IMG/VR virus record: IMGVR_UViG_3300042879_001983
Span: 1 to 59,424 of that record
Reading direction: 5' to 3' (one strand)
Source of the DNA: a virus
Taxonomy: Duplodnaviria; Caudoviricetes
DNA: 59,424 nucleotides
Position 1 is the first letter of the stretch, and each line of letters opens with the position of its first letter. A program made the position numbers and the translations under genes. This document shows, in pieces, positions 46,827 to 57,785 of the stretch. The notes beneath the pieces were generated by a model, which searched no databases, was not told the origin of the DNA, and saw nothing but the letters and a program-made list of their open reading frames with translations.

Positions 46827-48500
46827 TCATTCCCAGCGGGCAGATCCCCAAGTTTTTTTAGCTGCCTCCTTTTTATATAGATTAGCAAAACTATTTTGTT
46901 TTACAGACATAAAAACTTGAAATTGAGGTTCTCCAGTAAGAGCACCTTTATATCTAACTTCCAACATAACGATACTTACTGGTTGTCCAGGTTTTCCAAT
47001 AATCATCTCATAAAATAATTTTGCTGCAGTAGCAGGTGGTTCAAAAGCATGAAACTTATCTGCTTGTTTAACAATTCTAAATTGCGTATTATCTGGATCA
47101 GAAAAAAGTTTTCTGAATATTTCTGCTGTAGTTCTACCCTCTTTCTCTAGCGGTGGTTTTACCTCAAGTATTTTTCCTTTTTTATAATCACCCTCACCAG
47201 TTATCAAACTAAAATGAAATGAAGTATCTTCCAAATAAGAATCCAATTTTATTTTAAAAATAGTATCTAAAAATTCTTCAAAAAATTCTTTATTATTATC
47301 GAAGTATTTTAAAAATACTCGATCCATTTCTTTAAAGTAAATATTTGGATTTCCAGAATATTTACCCTGACCCCTCAACATCTCACTCTTTTCTTTTGAA
47401 TTTGTAAATTCAGTATTACATGCCTTCAAAACTTCTTTAACATTCATCTTTTGAATGACTTTATCCTTATACTTTACATTTCCAGTTTTAATTTCCAATG
47501 CTTGTTTAAAAAACTTTTCCTTAGCTTGTTCAATTTTTTGATGTTCACCCGTTTCTTTTATAGTTTTAGTTAGAAATCCTTTAGATCCAAAGGCTGGTTT
47601 ATTGAGCAGTGTAGGTTCTGGTTCACCCAGACCCCTTTTTTTCAAAGACAATCCCCAATAGTGTTCTGCTTCGTTTTTTCCTTTAGTTTTAAATTTAACA
47701 ATAATATCTGAAGAGTTATAGTTTTGAATTGTCTTTGGACCTACATTGAATTTTTTAATTTCATTTGCCCACTTAGTTCCAGTCTGCCATACAGTGAGAA
47801 CATCGGCATTTCCAATTTGCTCTACAACATAATTTGATACTGATATTGCCTTTGCTAGATTAACTAGATCTGGTTCTTGATTTGACGAATCCGTATAGAA
47901 TCCATTCAATCCAGCAGCACCAACAACAGTTCTTGCAGATTGATATAACTTATCTACAATTTTTTTATACTCAGCAAATCTCTTAGCATCTGGTTTATTG
48001 TTAATTACCTCATAATTCACAATCATCTTTTCTTTGATTAAAGCTGCAGTCATAAGTTCATGAGGATCTTCAGATGCTCCAGACCCATTTGATATTCCTT
48101 TAGACTGCAATAATATGGTAATTGATGGTCTGTTCTTACCTTTTTCAACTACTCTAATAATAAAAGACTTTAATCCAGTTCCAGCTACAACTTCTTCAGT
48201 ATATGAAAATTGATATGCAATTTGAGGTGGAACTAATTTTACAATTTCTTTTTCTAAATTATCTTTTATACTTTCAATGTAGGACTTAAATTCTCCACGC
48301 AACCAGTCTCTTTCTTTCTTTGATTTTATTCTTGGTTTTAAAAGTAATGTGCTTTTGCTTTTAAGAACCACCATATCTTGGGATTTGTTATCCCATGGAT
48401 CTATTTCCCTATCCCCTCCCTTTTGAGATATAGAATTAAAAAACTTATTTAAGTCCCCAAACACCAAATCAATGTTTCCTTTTATTATTTCAGCAGACAT
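46827..48500 (-). CDS. Large hypothetical protein with PD-(D/E)xK-like motif
   Basis: HE..., SSDII...GLSLKK; start at MSAEII after CTAAATA. Confidence 0.6.
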   Translation of the reverse strand: MSAEIIKGNIDLVFGDLNKFFNSISQKGGDREIDPWDNKSQDMVVLKSKSTLLLKPRIKSKKERDWLRGEFKSYIESIKDNLEKEIVKLVPPQIAYQFSYTEEVVAGTGLKSFIIRVVEKGKNRPSITILLQSKGISNGSGASEDPHELMTAALIKEKMIVNYEVINNKPDAKRFAEYKKIVDKLYQSARTVVGAAGLNGFYTDSSNQEPDLVNLAKAISVSNYVVEQIGNADVLTVWQTGTKWANEIKKFNVGPKTIQNYNSSDIIVKFKTKGKNEAEHYWGLSLKKRGLGEPEPTLLNKPAFGSKGFLTKTIKETGEHQKIEQAKEKFFKQALEIKTGNVKYKDKVIQKMNVKEVLKACNTEFTNSKEKSEMLRGQGKYSGNPNIYFKEMDRVFLKYFDNNKEFFEEFLDTIFKIKLDSYLEDTSFHFSLITGEGDYKKGKILEVKPPLEKEGRTTAEIFRKLFSDPDNTQFRIVKQADKFHAFEPPATAAKLFYEMIIGKPGQPVSIVMLEVRYKGALTGEPQFQVFMSVKQNSFANLYKKEAAKKTWGSARWE

Positions 48501-48528
48501 TGAACTAAAGTCTTTTAGATATTTAGAA

Positions 48529-48601
48529 TGGAGAATAGGAGACTTGAACTCCTGACACCCGCCTTGCAAAGGCGATGCTCTACCAACTGAGCTAATTCCC
48601 C
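48529..48601 (-). tRNA. tRNA-Ala(UGC)
   Basis: Cloverleaf with G3:U70; TTTGCAA loop; TTGACT-17-TATAAT at 48663-48691. Confidence 0.95.
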
Positions 48602-48721
48602 AGATGGATTAAGTGTGATACACCTCAAGGATATAACAGGGACTTAACCTCTATCAGTATATATTATAAAACCCCTCAACTAAGAAGTCAAGGGGTTAGA
48701 GCAACCTTCCGTGGTTATTTA

Positions 48722-49291
48722 TTACTTGTTTTCTCTTTGTCTCTTGATGTAAGCATCAAGTTCTGCCTTTCTTTGCTCAGGTGACTTTTTCGCTTCCTTT
48801 TCTCTATGAGATTTCAATGCAGCCTGAAATGCAGGATCATTGTTTGGTTTGGATTGCTTATAAACATTCATAGGTCCTGAAGCAGGACGACCTCTTGGAT
48901 CCATACGAGTTTCAACAATTGTATCAATATCTTCTTTAGTTAATGAAACCATCATCTCTTGTGCTTCTTCCAGAGTTTCTGCAAATCCCTCAACACAAAG
49001 AAACTCAAGAACTAAATCAAAGATATCAAACTCTTCCTTGCTTAGTTTAACAGTCCTTTCCTTTGCTCTCAACTTACCAACTTTGGAATAGATACGAGAT
49101 GCTTGTTGTGCCTTTTTAGAAGCAGTCTCTCTATCTCCAGCAATAGATGCTTTTCTTCTTATTTCATCCGCCTTTTGTGATGCAGTCAGAGCAAGATTCG
49201 CGGATATCTCATCAAGTTGCTCAGTCTCTTCTTGATCTAAGTAAACTTGCTGATATGCTTCATTCAGACTTTGAAAAAGTTTTGGATCCAT
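48722..49291 (-). CDS. Hypothetical protein, paralog of 35916-36461
   Basis: LNEAYQQVY; DIFDLVLEFLCVEGFA; TATAAATA at 49313-49320. Confidence 0.75.
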   Translation of the reverse strand: MDPKLFQSLNEAYQQVYLDQEETEQLDEISANLALTASQKADEIRRKASIAGDRETASKKAQQASRIYSKVGKLRAKERTVKLSKEEFDIFDLVLEFLCVEGFAETLEEAQEMMVSLTKEDIDTIVETRMDPRGRPASGPMNVYKQSKPNNDPAFQAALKSHREKEAKKSPEQRKAELDAYIKRQRENK

Positions 49292-49349
49292 TTCATTAAA
49301 AACCTTTTCAAATATTTATAAAAAAATATCCCCAAGATGGGGATACTGA

Positions 49350-49529
49350 TCACTCAAGAATTACTTTTTCAAGTTCTTGATCAAGGTTGCTCATAAGATT
49401 ACGCAATCTTACGATTCTTTCTGGAGCATATTCTTTGCTATACCCAGCAACAGAACTATCCAATACTTGAAGTAATTCAAGTGCAGTCTTAGAATCTAAT
49501 TTAAGAGTAACTTGTTTTTCTTTAGTCAT
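49350..49529 (-). CDS. 59-aa hypothetical protein
   Basis: ATGA overlap with the mazG stop. Confidence 0.55.
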   Translation of the reverse strand: MTKEKQVTLKLDSKTALELLQVLDSSVAGYSKEYAPERIVRLRNLMSNLDQELEKVILE

Positions 49530-49945
49530 CGGTCATCAGCAGCACGGTTTTCAGAAAAATAAACATCAAAAGCGCCTTCAGGATAACGCTTAAGAAGTTT
49601 CTGCACATTACGGGCAACTACATCATCAAGTGTAGTATCCAATGCAATACATGCCTGAGCAACATACCACATGATATCACCCAGTTCAATGATTAGATGT
49701 TCACGATTATCCTCATTATAAGGTTTGCCCTGGAACACCATTTTCTTGACGATTTCCATGAACTCACCGCCTTCGGCATTGATGCCAACCGAAGCAGTCA
49801 AAAGACGTTCAATGTTAGCACCTTTCTCATCAAGTTCAACCAAACGATCAGAAAGAGCAAGAAAGTCTTTGGATGCATCTGAAGTCACAGCATCCACAAA
49901 CTCAGCATACTTATTAAAATTAACTTGTTTTGCGGTTTCAGTCAT
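49526..49945 (-). CDS. mazG: MazG nucleoside triphosphate pyrophosphohydrolase
   Basis: EGGEFMEIVKK, ELGDIMWY, KRYP. Confidence 0.93.
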   Translation of the reverse strand: MTETAKQVNFNKYAEFVDAVTSDASKDFLALSDRLVELDEKGANIERLLTASVGINAEGGEFMEIVKKMVFQGKPYNEDNREHLIIELGDIMWYVAQACIALDTTLDDVVARNVQKLLKRYPEGAFDVYFSENRAADDR

Positions 49946-49955
49946 AGTAAATTAA

Positions 49956-50243
49956 TTACACAATAAATTCTTGTAAGTCGTTTTCTTTTAATTTATTTTG
50001 ATGAGGTTTAAGTTTTTTAGGAGTTGGTTTTTTAGCAACAACCACTTCACTTGTAGGAAGTTGTTTTGGAATTTCAATATCAACAACCTGCCCCATCAAA
50101 AATTGATTTCTTGTAATTGTTCTATTTGCAGGATCAAAAGAAACCATCATCAGAGCATCTTGTTCATCTGCACAATCACAAATTTTTCTTCCAGTTCTTT
50201 TATCAATCACTGAAAAGTTATCATCGGACTGATATTTCTTCAA
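49956..50243 (-). CDS. Hypothetical protein
   Basis: 95-aa ORF. Confidence 0.7.
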   Translation of the reverse strand: MKKYQSDDNFSVIDKRTGRKICDCADEQDALMMVSFDPANRTITRNQFLMGQVVDIEIPKQLPTSEVVVAKKPTPKKLKPHQNKLKENDLQEFIV

Positions 50244-51616
50244 AACTTAAATCCCTCAAATGATTTTTTAGGTTTTCTTTCTTCATTATCATACTCTTCT
50301 TCTTGTCCAGAGTCAAGTATATCCGATTGAGCACTTTGTTCACAATCATAAAGTCGCATCTTTGCACGATCAATACCAACAACAAATCGTTTATAAATGG
50401 TTGGATCGTTATATCGATTCTTAAGTTGTTTTACCAATATTTGTCCCAAACCCTCCAACTCTTCTGTGCTAATAAGGGCAAACATAAGATCAGCAGTAGC
50501 AGGGAGACCAAAGGACTCAGAAGTATCAGTAAGTTCAACATCGCTACTACCGTAACCGCTACGAGTGGTTTGAGTAGCAGATACGATTGGTACGTTGAAT
50601 TCAACTGCAAGTCCTCTAAGTTCTTCAGCAATTGCCTTGACAAATGTATAAGAATTAATGTTACTGTTTCCGCGATACCTAGAGGAAGCACAAATATTAA
50701 GGTAATCAATGAAAATAATATCAGGTCTAAATGACTTCTTAAGTAGAAGTTCATTGAGAAGTGCTTTAAAGTGTCCAGCATGAGCGGATGCCGTTGGGTA
50801 TTCTTTAATTATAAGAGTGCCCTGAGTTTTCTTTGCAAGATTTGTAACCTTACTCTCAAACATCTGTTTTGGAAGATCTGCAATATCTTGAATTGGAACG
50901 TTCAAAAGATTCGCATCAATTCGCTCAGCAATTCGTTCTTCCGCCATTTCAAGAGTGATATAGAGAACGTTCCTGCCTTGCAATAGGACGGAACTAGCCA
51001 CATGACACATGAATAGCGATTTCCCAACGCCCGTCCCAGCAAGAGCGATGTTGAGAGTCTTATTAGGGAGACCACCTTTTGTAATCTTATTGAAATATTC
51101 CAGATCAAATTCGATCTTATCTTCCTTTTTATGATAGGATTCATAACGTTTTTCGTAGTCTAGCAGATAATCATGGCCAATATGAGTATCAAAAGATACT
51201 GCAAGAGCATCGGATAGAATAGTTGGAATTGAATCTCTTCCTCGTTTATCATCTTTACCATCAGCAATATGAATTGATTCCATCAGTGCAAGATAAATTG
51301 CACGATCACGGCACCACTTTTCAGTAGTATCTATTAACCAATTTATTTCTACAGGAATATCCTCAAGACAATCAATAAGATGAATGACTTCTTTAAAAGA
51401 AGTATCATTAATATCCTTACGTTTTTCTACTTCAATACAAAGAACTTCTTTTGTTGGAAGTTCATTATACTGCTCTAAAAAAGAAAAGATTTCTTCAAAG
51501 ACAATTTTTTGATTAATATCTTCAAAATATTCTGGTTTAATAAACGGTATAACTTTTCTTACATAATCCTCCAAATAAAGTAAATTTCTAAGAATCAAAA
51601 ATTCAATCTTTTCCAT
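50240..51616 (-). CDS. g41: Replicative helicase (T4 gp41)
   Basis: AGTGVGKS, LEMAEERI, IDYLNI, LKNRY. Confidence 0.98.
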   Translation of the reverse strand: MEKIEFLILRNLLYLEDYVRKVIPFIKPEYFEDINQKIVFEEIFSFLEQYNELPTKEVLCIEVEKRKDINDTSFKEVIHLIDCLEDIPVEINWLIDTTEKWCRDRAIYLALMESIHIADGKDDKRGRDSIPTILSDALAVSFDTHIGHDYLLDYEKRYESYHKKEDKIEFDLEYFNKITKGGLPNKTLNIALAGTGVGKSLFMCHVASSVLLQGRNVLYITLEMAEERIAERIDANLLNVPIQDIADLPKQMFESKVTNLAKKTQGTLIIKEYPTASAHAGHFKALLNELLLKKSFRPDIIFIDYLNICASSRYRGNSNINSYTFVKAIAEELRGLAVEFNVPIVSATQTTRSGYGSSDVELTDTSESFGLPATADLMFALISTEELEGLGQILVKQLKNRYNDPTIYKRFVVGIDRAKMRLYDCEQSAQSDILDSGQEEEYDNEERKPKKSFEGFKF

Positions 51617-52176
51617 TACTGATAATGCAAATAAGTGCTCAAGAGATACTTTTCGTTACTAATTGGAGGCATTCCTTTATGAGGAAATATCCACAGGGGG
51701 GGAAAAACTAACAAAGTTCCCTTCCGAGGTTTAATTATAACATCACTAAAGATTGTTTCTCCACCCTCATTCACATCGTTTAAATACCACATAAATGATA
51801 AGTAGCGAACTGCGCTTGAATGATCAGTTACATCGACATGAGTATCAAACATATCGTTTCCATCATTCATGTACCTTTTAATTCTAAACTCCTCAAAGTT
51901 ATGTTCTTGTGGGAAACATCTTTTATCAACATGTTCATAATATAAATTTCTATAGTGAAAAACTTCAGAAATCAAATAATTATGAACTGCATTCAAATCT
52001 TGAGAGTCAGATATATTTTCGGTTAAATTGTACTGTGTAAAGTTTGGAGTCTTGTTTTCTTCGACTCTTTCTTGTTTATTCTCGTTAGATTCAAAAGTCT
52101 TTACCAAAAAATCACACACGTTTTCTGGTAAAGCACTATCATAGGTTTTAATAAAATCTCTAAGTTCAAGAGCCAT
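51616..52176 (-). CDS. 2OG-Fe(II) oxygenase
   Basis: THVD, YLNDV..GGET, FPH, KY. Confidence 0.9.
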   Translation of the reverse strand: MALELRDFIKTYDSALPENVCDFLVKTFESNENKQERVEENKTPNFTQYNLTENISDSQDLNAVHNYLISEVFHYRNLYYEHVDKRCFPQEHNFEEFRIKRYMNDGNDMFDTHVDVTDHSSAVRYLSFMWYLNDVNEGGETIFSDVIIKPRKGTLLVFPPLWIFPHKGMPPISNEKYLLSTYLHYQ

Positions 52177-53170
52177 AGGAAAATTCGCCTTTAGCAATCA
52201 CATCCAATTTTTCCATTACTTCTTCAGTAAAGTATTCTTCTGGATTTGAAAGAATTTGCTTAGCGTAAATTTTCTTACCATCAATCTCATAGCGTCCTGC
52301 TACATTCTTCCAGAGTCCACCAATCTCACCAAGTTCCAGAAGACCATAGTAACGATCAAGGCCGCGCTCATCATAATACAGACGGACTTCAACATCTTTG
52401 TTCTCCTTACTCAAACGCGATTTAGCAGTCTTAGCTTTGATAATATTTCCGACCACTTCCGTTCCATCCTTTTCTTTCTTTTTGCTGAGATAAATGATCG
52501 TACTTGCTGCGTACTTGAGTCCGCTGCCGCCGCCCATTTCTTTAGTTGGTACATAAGATCCGATAACATCATAAGTGTGGTTAGTAACAATCATTGGAAT
52601 ATTTGCTTGACCAAGTTTTAAGGTAAGCATACGAAATGCGCCCTTGATAAGTTGTGATTTGGTCATATCACGAACTTCCTTATCATTCAGAGCATCATTA
52701 ATCTCTTTACTTGTGGAAAGCATTCCCAAAGAGTCTAACACAAACATACAAGGACTGCGTTCACCTTCAGGTTTCTTCATATAAAGATCTACTGCTTTGA
52801 GCGCCTTTGTACGAAACTCTTCGACAGTAACAACATTAACAACAACCAAACGAGTAGTATCAATTCCACGAGATTCTAATAGAGATTTAGTAATAGCAGC
52901 CTCAGTATCAAAGTAGAGGCAGTAACCATCGGAATGAGTATCAAGAAAGTTCTTAACAACGGCGAGAGAGAAAAAAGTCTTTCCAGTAGAAGACTCTCCA
53001 GCAATAGCAGTAATTTTATTCCCAGATACACCACCAAATACACTACCTGAAACCAGTGCATTAAAAATGTATGAACCCGTATCAACATAACTTTCAGTCT
53101 CATCAATATCAGAGGCGAGTTGCGTGTACTCTCCACCAATTTCTTTTACAATATCTTTAAGAAAGTCCAT
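52166..53170 (-). CDS. uvsX: RecA-like recombinase
   Basis: [17 protein letters not shown]. Confidence 0.97.
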   Translation of the reverse strand: MDFLKDIVKEIGGEYTQLASDIDETESYVDTGSYIFNALVSGSVFGGVSGNKITAIAGESSTGKTFFSLAVVKNFLDTHSDGYCLYFDTEAAITKSLLESRGIDTTRLVVVNVVTVEEFRTKALKAVDLYMKKPEGERSPCMFVLDSLGMLSTSKEINDALNDKEVRDMTKSQLIKGAFRMLTLKLGQANIPMIVTNHTYDVIGSYVPTKEMGGGSGLKYAASTIIYLSKKKEKDGTEVVGNIIKAKTAKSRLSKENKDVEVRLYYDERGLDRYYGLLELGEIGGLWKNVAGRYEIDGKKIYAKQILSNPEEYFTEEVMEKLDVIAKGEFSYGS

Positions 53171-53171
53171 A

Positions 53172-53711
53172 TCAACCAATATCAATTTTCCAATTTTTTA
53201 CATCAGTATCACCTTGTCTGGTGATAGTAAGTTCAGTTCCATCATCAAAAGCATCTAGCACTCCAGCAGAATGTCCTTCATACAAAGAATATTCCTGATA
53301 GTAAGTATCATCACTTTTTTGAATAGAGAACCAAGGACATCCAACTGTCGGATTAGTCACACAAATAAGAAGTGCTTTACCAATCGCATCTCCACGACTA
53401 GTAACTCTTTGAATACGAACATAAACGTCCATACTATTCACCCAATTACTGATACCATCAACAATATCAGCAACAACATCTTCACTAATACCACCAACAG
53501 TAGTAGAACCAGAGACTTCTGGATACGGAGTCATTACATTGGTAGTCTTATCCATATAAACAATTGTCTTTGTTTCTGGACTAGGAGTTGCCATTTTAAT
53601 TTGATAGAAGACATCATCTCCCCATCCATCACTGTTTCTGACCATTACATCAGTGTCTTTTCTCATCCAAGCAGTTAATCTGTTAAAAATAGATACTAGT
53701 TTTTTCATCAT
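53172..53711 (-). CDS. Hypothetical protein
   Basis: 179-aa ORF between g43 and uvsX. Confidence 0.7.
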   Translation of the reverse strand: MMKKLVSIFNRLTAWMRKDTDVMVRNSDGWGDDVFYQIKMATPSPETKTIVYMDKTTNVMTPYPEVSGSTTVGGISEDVVADIVDGISNWVNSMDVYVRIQRVTSRGDAIGKALLICVTNPTVGCPWFSIQKSDDTYYQEYSLYEGHSAGVLDAFDDGTELTITRQGDTDVKNWKIDIG

Positions 53712-53872
53712 GCTACCATTCCGTATTCTTCACGAAGTATTTGTTTATAGGGTAAACCTTGTTGCCTAAGTTCTCTTACCAATTTTAGTTTTTGGTATAA
53801 TGCTGCATTACCGCCAAGAGTTAGAGCACTTATAATAGTATTTAATTCTTCATCATTAATAGGCAAATCCAT
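53708..53872 (-). CDS. 54-aa hypothetical protein
   Basis: TAATG overlap with the g43 stop. Confidence 0.6.
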   Translation of the reverse strand: MDLPINDEELNTIISALTLGGNAALYQKLKLVRELRQQGLPYKQILREEYGMVA

Positions 53873-56367
53873 TAGGCAAAAAATAATTCAAGGTTTACAG
53901 TTTTTTCTACATTCCACCCAATAATATCAAGAATTGACTTAAGTGGGTCAAGGAAACTCTTTTCAAATTGTAGTTCATAGTCGATGTATTTGTCAAGACC
54001 GAGTTCCTTGGGAAAGTCTTGAATAAATGAAATTACATTTTCCTGAATAATATTTGGTTTTTTTAGAAACAGGTATTTAACTTTTTCACCATTATTGATA
54101 AGAGAATACTTGTGTGTAAGTTTTTTCTCTTTCACATGATGATTAAACAAAAGTGCTCCACGAACATGAATTGGAGTTTTGGGAGCATAAATGTTTGACG
54201 AAGATTGATATTTACGAATGTCTGAAGCAGTTCTAGGAAAAGCAATTTCTTCTGGGGGAAGAGATTTAAACTTGGTTCGGCATTGATCAATGAACTCAAT
54301 CACTTCATCTTCAGTTCCATTCATCATCAACTTAAGTCCATCCTTAATCATCTTACGGCAAGGAGCAGGAGTTGAAGATTTAATTGCTTCAATACCCATG
54401 ATCTTAAGTTTAGGTTCTTCATAACGAACACCTTCACTATCCCAAACGTTAAGAATATATCGCTTCTTTGCAGTCCAAATACCACGATCAGCAATATTCT
54501 CACGCTTCATCTGCATCTTCTGGTCATATGCATTCACATAGGTCGCCAGTTCTTGGTAGCAACCTTCAATATACTTTTCAAGTTCCACCGTACAGACCTT
54601 ATCAAGGAACGAAACAATGCTTTGAGAAGTTTTCTCTCTTCCTTTGAATACAGTTTCAACCAGAGGACCCATATTAAGATAAATGGAGTCAGTATCTGAA
54701 GCAATAACATAATCTTCACCATCCGTTTTAAGAATCTTATTCAGATAAGCATTCATCTTGTCTTCAATCCAACGAATCGAAACTTGACCAGACAAAGTGA
54801 TTGCTTCAGCATTTGCTAGTTTATAGTACCTGAAATACTGATTACCGATAGCACCATAAGCAGAGTTAAGTTGAATCTTCCTCGCCATTTGGATGTTATT
54901 GCATCTTGCAATCTCTTTAACCAATTGCTTGTCCTTAGTCTTTTCATATTCTTGCTTTGCCGCAAGCATTTTCTTTTTATAAATGGTGCGATCTTTATAG
55001 ATTTTCTCCATCAATTCTGGAAGGAATCCACGCACATCCTTGCGGAACATTGCTCCGTTAGCACATACAGCATAGTCTTTGTAGAGTTCAAAATTAATTT
55101 GTTGATTTAAAATTTTATCTACAGTTACAGTTGGATGCCTCTCTTCCAGAAGAGTTTCTGGCGAGATGTTATACTGCATGATTAAGTGCGGATATAGAGA
55201 GTTAAGGTCAAAAGATACAACCCAGTCATATTTTCCAGGAACAGGTTCCTTTACATAAGCACCAGCATATTTTTCATCTTTAGATGTCCTCTCCTTTGGC
55301 GGAATAACAATATCTCTTTTCTTGAGATAATTGTAGATAATATTATCCCACATGCGAACTTGGTAGAATACATCACCATAATTTACTTTAGCGTCATACG
55401 CCATAGTAATTGCAAGTTCGATCAATTTCATCTTGTCTTCCAAACGGTCAACAAGTTCTACGTCAACGATGTTGTACTCCACAAACTTCTGCCAGTTTTG
55501 AGTATAAAAATCTTTAAACGTATCAAACTCAGAGTGGTCAAGTTTTTTCTGACCTAACTCCACATTTGCAATATGATCAAGACGATATGATTCTTGGTTG
55601 GTGTATGTGAATTTCTTATAAAGATCGAGGTAGTCTAGTTGAGTAATTCCGCCAACGTCATAGACAATTTGCTTTCTACCATTCACAAAAATTTCATCTT
55701 GAGTAACCAAACCCCAAGGAGAAAATCTTTTCATTTGACGTTCTCCAAGAACTCTACTCAAACGCCCACAAATATAAGGAACGTCATACATTTGAATATT
55801 CCACCCAGTAATTACTTCTGGAATATTTGCATCCCAATAGTTAATAAAGTTACTCAAAAGTTGATGCTCAGTATTACACTGAATATACTTAACGTTTTTT
55901 TGCTTGTTTACAAATGGATGAATGCCCCAGGTTACAATTTCTTTGGTGGTATAGTCTTGGATTGTGATAGTGAGAATTTCTTCGCAGCAAGATTCTGTAT
56001 CTGGAAATCCTTGTTCTGCTGCCACCTCAATATCAATAGTAGTTAGTTTAATTTTTGAAATATCAAATTGAATTTCATCTTCTGGATATTTGTCTGAGAT
56101 ATACTGAGCAATGTACCTATCATTGCCGTAAATACGAAACCCATCTACATCCTCGTACTTTTTATAAAATTCTCTACAGTCTCTTACAAATCCTGGTTGA
56201 ATTGGTTCAACGTGCTCTCCATCAAGAGTTTTATATTTGGTTTTCTTTTTAGAAGGTACAAACAAAGTTGGAATGTACTCCTCTTTGAACATCACATGTT
56301 TTCCGTTATCAAATCCTCTAACAAGGAATTGATTACCGATCATTTGCACGTTAGTATAAAATCTCAT
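53872..56367 (-). CDS. g43: Family B DNA polymerase (T4 gp43)
   Basis: DIE, DLNSLYP, KIQLNSAYG, DTDS. Confidence 0.99.
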   Translation of the reverse strand: MRFYTNVQMIGNQFLVRGFDNGKHVMFKEEYIPTLFVPSKKKTKYKTLDGEHVEPIQPGFVRDCREFYKKYEDVDGFRIYGNDRYIAQYISDKYPEDEIQFDISKIKLTTIDIEVAAEQGFPDTESCCEEILTITIQDYTTKEIVTWGIHPFVNKQKNVKYIQCNTEHQLLSNFINYWDANIPEVITGWNIQMYDVPYICGRLSRVLGERQMKRFSPWGLVTQDEIFVNGRKQIVYDVGGITQLDYLDLYKKFTYTNQESYRLDHIANVELGQKKLDHSEFDTFKDFYTQNWQKFVEYNIVDVELVDRLEDKMKLIELAITMAYDAKVNYGDVFYQVRMWDNIIYNYLKKRDIVIPPKERTSKDEKYAGAYVKEPVPGKYDWVVSFDLNSLYPHLIMQYNISPETLLEERHPTVTVDKILNQQINFELYKDYAVCANGAMFRKDVRGFLPELMEKIYKDRTIYKKKMLAAKQEYEKTKDKQLVKEIARCNNIQMARKIQLNSAYGAIGNQYFRYYKLANAEAITLSGQVSIRWIEDKMNAYLNKILKTDGEDYVIASDTDSIYLNMGPLVETVFKGREKTSQSIVSFLDKVCTVELEKYIEGCYQELATYVNAYDQKMQMKRENIADRGIWTAKKRYILNVWDSEGVRYEEPKLKIMGIEAIKSSTPAPCRKMIKDGLKLMMNGTEDEVIEFIDQCRTKFKSLPPEEIAFPRTASDIRKYQSSSNIYAPKTPIHVRGALLFNHHVKEKKLTHKYSLINNGEKVKYLFLKKPNIIQENVISFIQDFPKELGLDKYIDYELQFEKSFLDPLKSILDIIGWNVEKTVNLELFFA

Positions 56368-56636
56368 TTAGTTGCAGACTGATATTTTTCAAGAAGCATT
56401 GCTTTAGGTTCGATAATAGTCAAAATCTTATCAGAACTTATCATAAAATTATTTTGGACGGTATACTCCATCAACCATGGTTCAATCGTAGCTCCCAGTC
56501 CACCAACCGTACCAGAAACTATTAGATATGGTTCAATTAGTTTACAATCTGGTTCTCCCAATTCAGATCCAACTTCTTCAATTTGAGAAATAAGAACTTG
56601 ATTATTGTTTAGAACTAATACTTTGATCGTTTTCAT
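56364..56636 (-). CDS. Conserved cyanophage hypothetical protein
   Basis: Similar to the adjacent 56602-56928 protein (P..PW..I.TI.EP). Confidence 0.75.
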   Translation of the reverse strand: MKTIKVLVLNNNQVLISQIEEVGSELGEPDCKLIEPYLIVSGTVGGLGATIEPWLMEYTVQNNFMISSDKILTIIEPKAMLLEKYQSATK

Positions 56637-56928
56637 AATTTAACACATTGTTTACATACATTTCTACAAGACTTTCGATTGGTTCAACAATCGTAATAAT
56701 CCAATCAGCTGTAACTGGAATTTGTCTGTCCTTACTCAGAGCAATCCAAGGGACAATATCAACATTTACAGAAGCCTTTCCATCGATAGTTACTTCTGGA
56801 GTATTCTTAAACTTTACAACACAAGGTTTATTAAAGAAATAACCAACTACTTTTTCATCAACGATCATTTCTTTAACGTCTGCAATTACATCTTCTCCAG
56901 ACTTTAAAAGAACAAGTTTAACAGTCAT
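56602..56928 (-). CDS. Conserved cyanophage hypothetical protein
   Basis: LLKSGEDVIAD; TTGACT-17-TAAAAT upstream. Confidence 0.8.
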   Translation of the reverse strand: MTVKLVLLKSGEDVIADVKEMIVDEKVVGYFFNKPCVVKFKNTPEVTIDGKASVNVDIVPWIALSKDRQIPVTADWIITIVEPIESLVEMYVNNVLNYENDQSISSKQ

Positions 56929-57033
56929 AGTTTTTCCCGAATCATATTTATTTTAGCAGAAAAAAAGAGGGGAGTCAACTGGATTTTGCCAGTATCCCCT
57001 CCGTGGCTTAGCGCCGACGATATTCAATTATAT

Positions 57034-57180
57034 TTATTCACCACCATCGCCACCATCACCGCCAGCACTTGAGGGTGATCTTTTTGCATATGCTTTACCT
57101 TTAGGCAATCCCAAATTTGGTTTAGCCATTTTATACCCAATCACTTTTAATTCTTCAAGATACTGGAGGAAAGTTTTCAT
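57034..57180 (-). CDS. 48-aa protein with capsid-targeting-like N-terminus
   Basis: MKTFLQYLEE...AGGDGGDGGE. Confidence 0.6.
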   Translation of the reverse strand: MKTFLQYLEELKVIGYKMAKPNLGLPKGKAYAKRSPSSAGGDGGDGGE

Positions 57181-57192
57181 TTTTATTTTTAT

Positions 57193-57627
57193 TTAGAGGT
57201 AATCCTTTCTTCTATGATGTTCTGGAACAATCCTACCAAGAGTAATTGTTAAAAGCCCATCCTCAAAATCAACTGATCGAACTTCCGTGTCGTCACTGAG
57301 CGTCCAGGAACGTGTAAAACTCCGTTGAGCCAAACCTTTGTGGAGGTAGTTGGACTCCGTTTCTTTATCTTCCTTTTGGCCCTCAATAAAGAGTTTACCA
57401 TCCTGGGTGTAAACATAAACCTCTTTTTTCTTAAAACCAGCAAGTGCAAGTTCCAATCGTGACTCTACATTACTAACTTGAACCAAATTATAAGGAGGAT
57501 AGTTAGAAGTTGTTTCGTGAAGGCTGAAGATGCGATCAAAGTATTCATCCAATCCGATACTATTGCGAGTGATCTTATCCATCAGAGTAGAAAGATCCGC
57601 AGCAGTATACCTTGTGAGATTAGTCAT
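57193..57627 (-). CDS. hsp20: Small heat-shock protein Hsp20
   Basis: NYPPYNL, ALAGF, HKGLAQRSF, DGLL; AGGAG RBS. Confidence 0.96.
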   Translation of the reverse strand: MTNLTRYTAADLSTLMDKITRNSIGLDEYFDRIFSLHETTSNYPPYNLVQVSNVESRLELALAGFKKKEVYVYTQDGKLFIEGQKEDKETESNYLHKGLAQRSFTRSWTLSDDTEVRSVDFEDGLLTITLGRIVPEHHRRKDYL

Positions 57628-57785
57628 TATGGTAGCTCCTTTAAAAGCGAGTTTGTGTTTTGTGGACCCCGAAGGCATCCAATACTAATTATACAAGAAA
57701 CGAAAAAAAGAGGTACGGAAAAAACCGAACCTCTTTTTAGGGTGTTCCGACTTTCGTAGAGACCGCACGAAGGTCTCATACTTAT

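Noticed and set aside
48501-48569. Longer start for the 580-aa ORF
   Set aside because: Overlaps tRNA-Ala
37051-56367. Inteins or introns in nrdA, nrdB, g41, g43
   Set aside because: Normal lengths and uninterrupted frames
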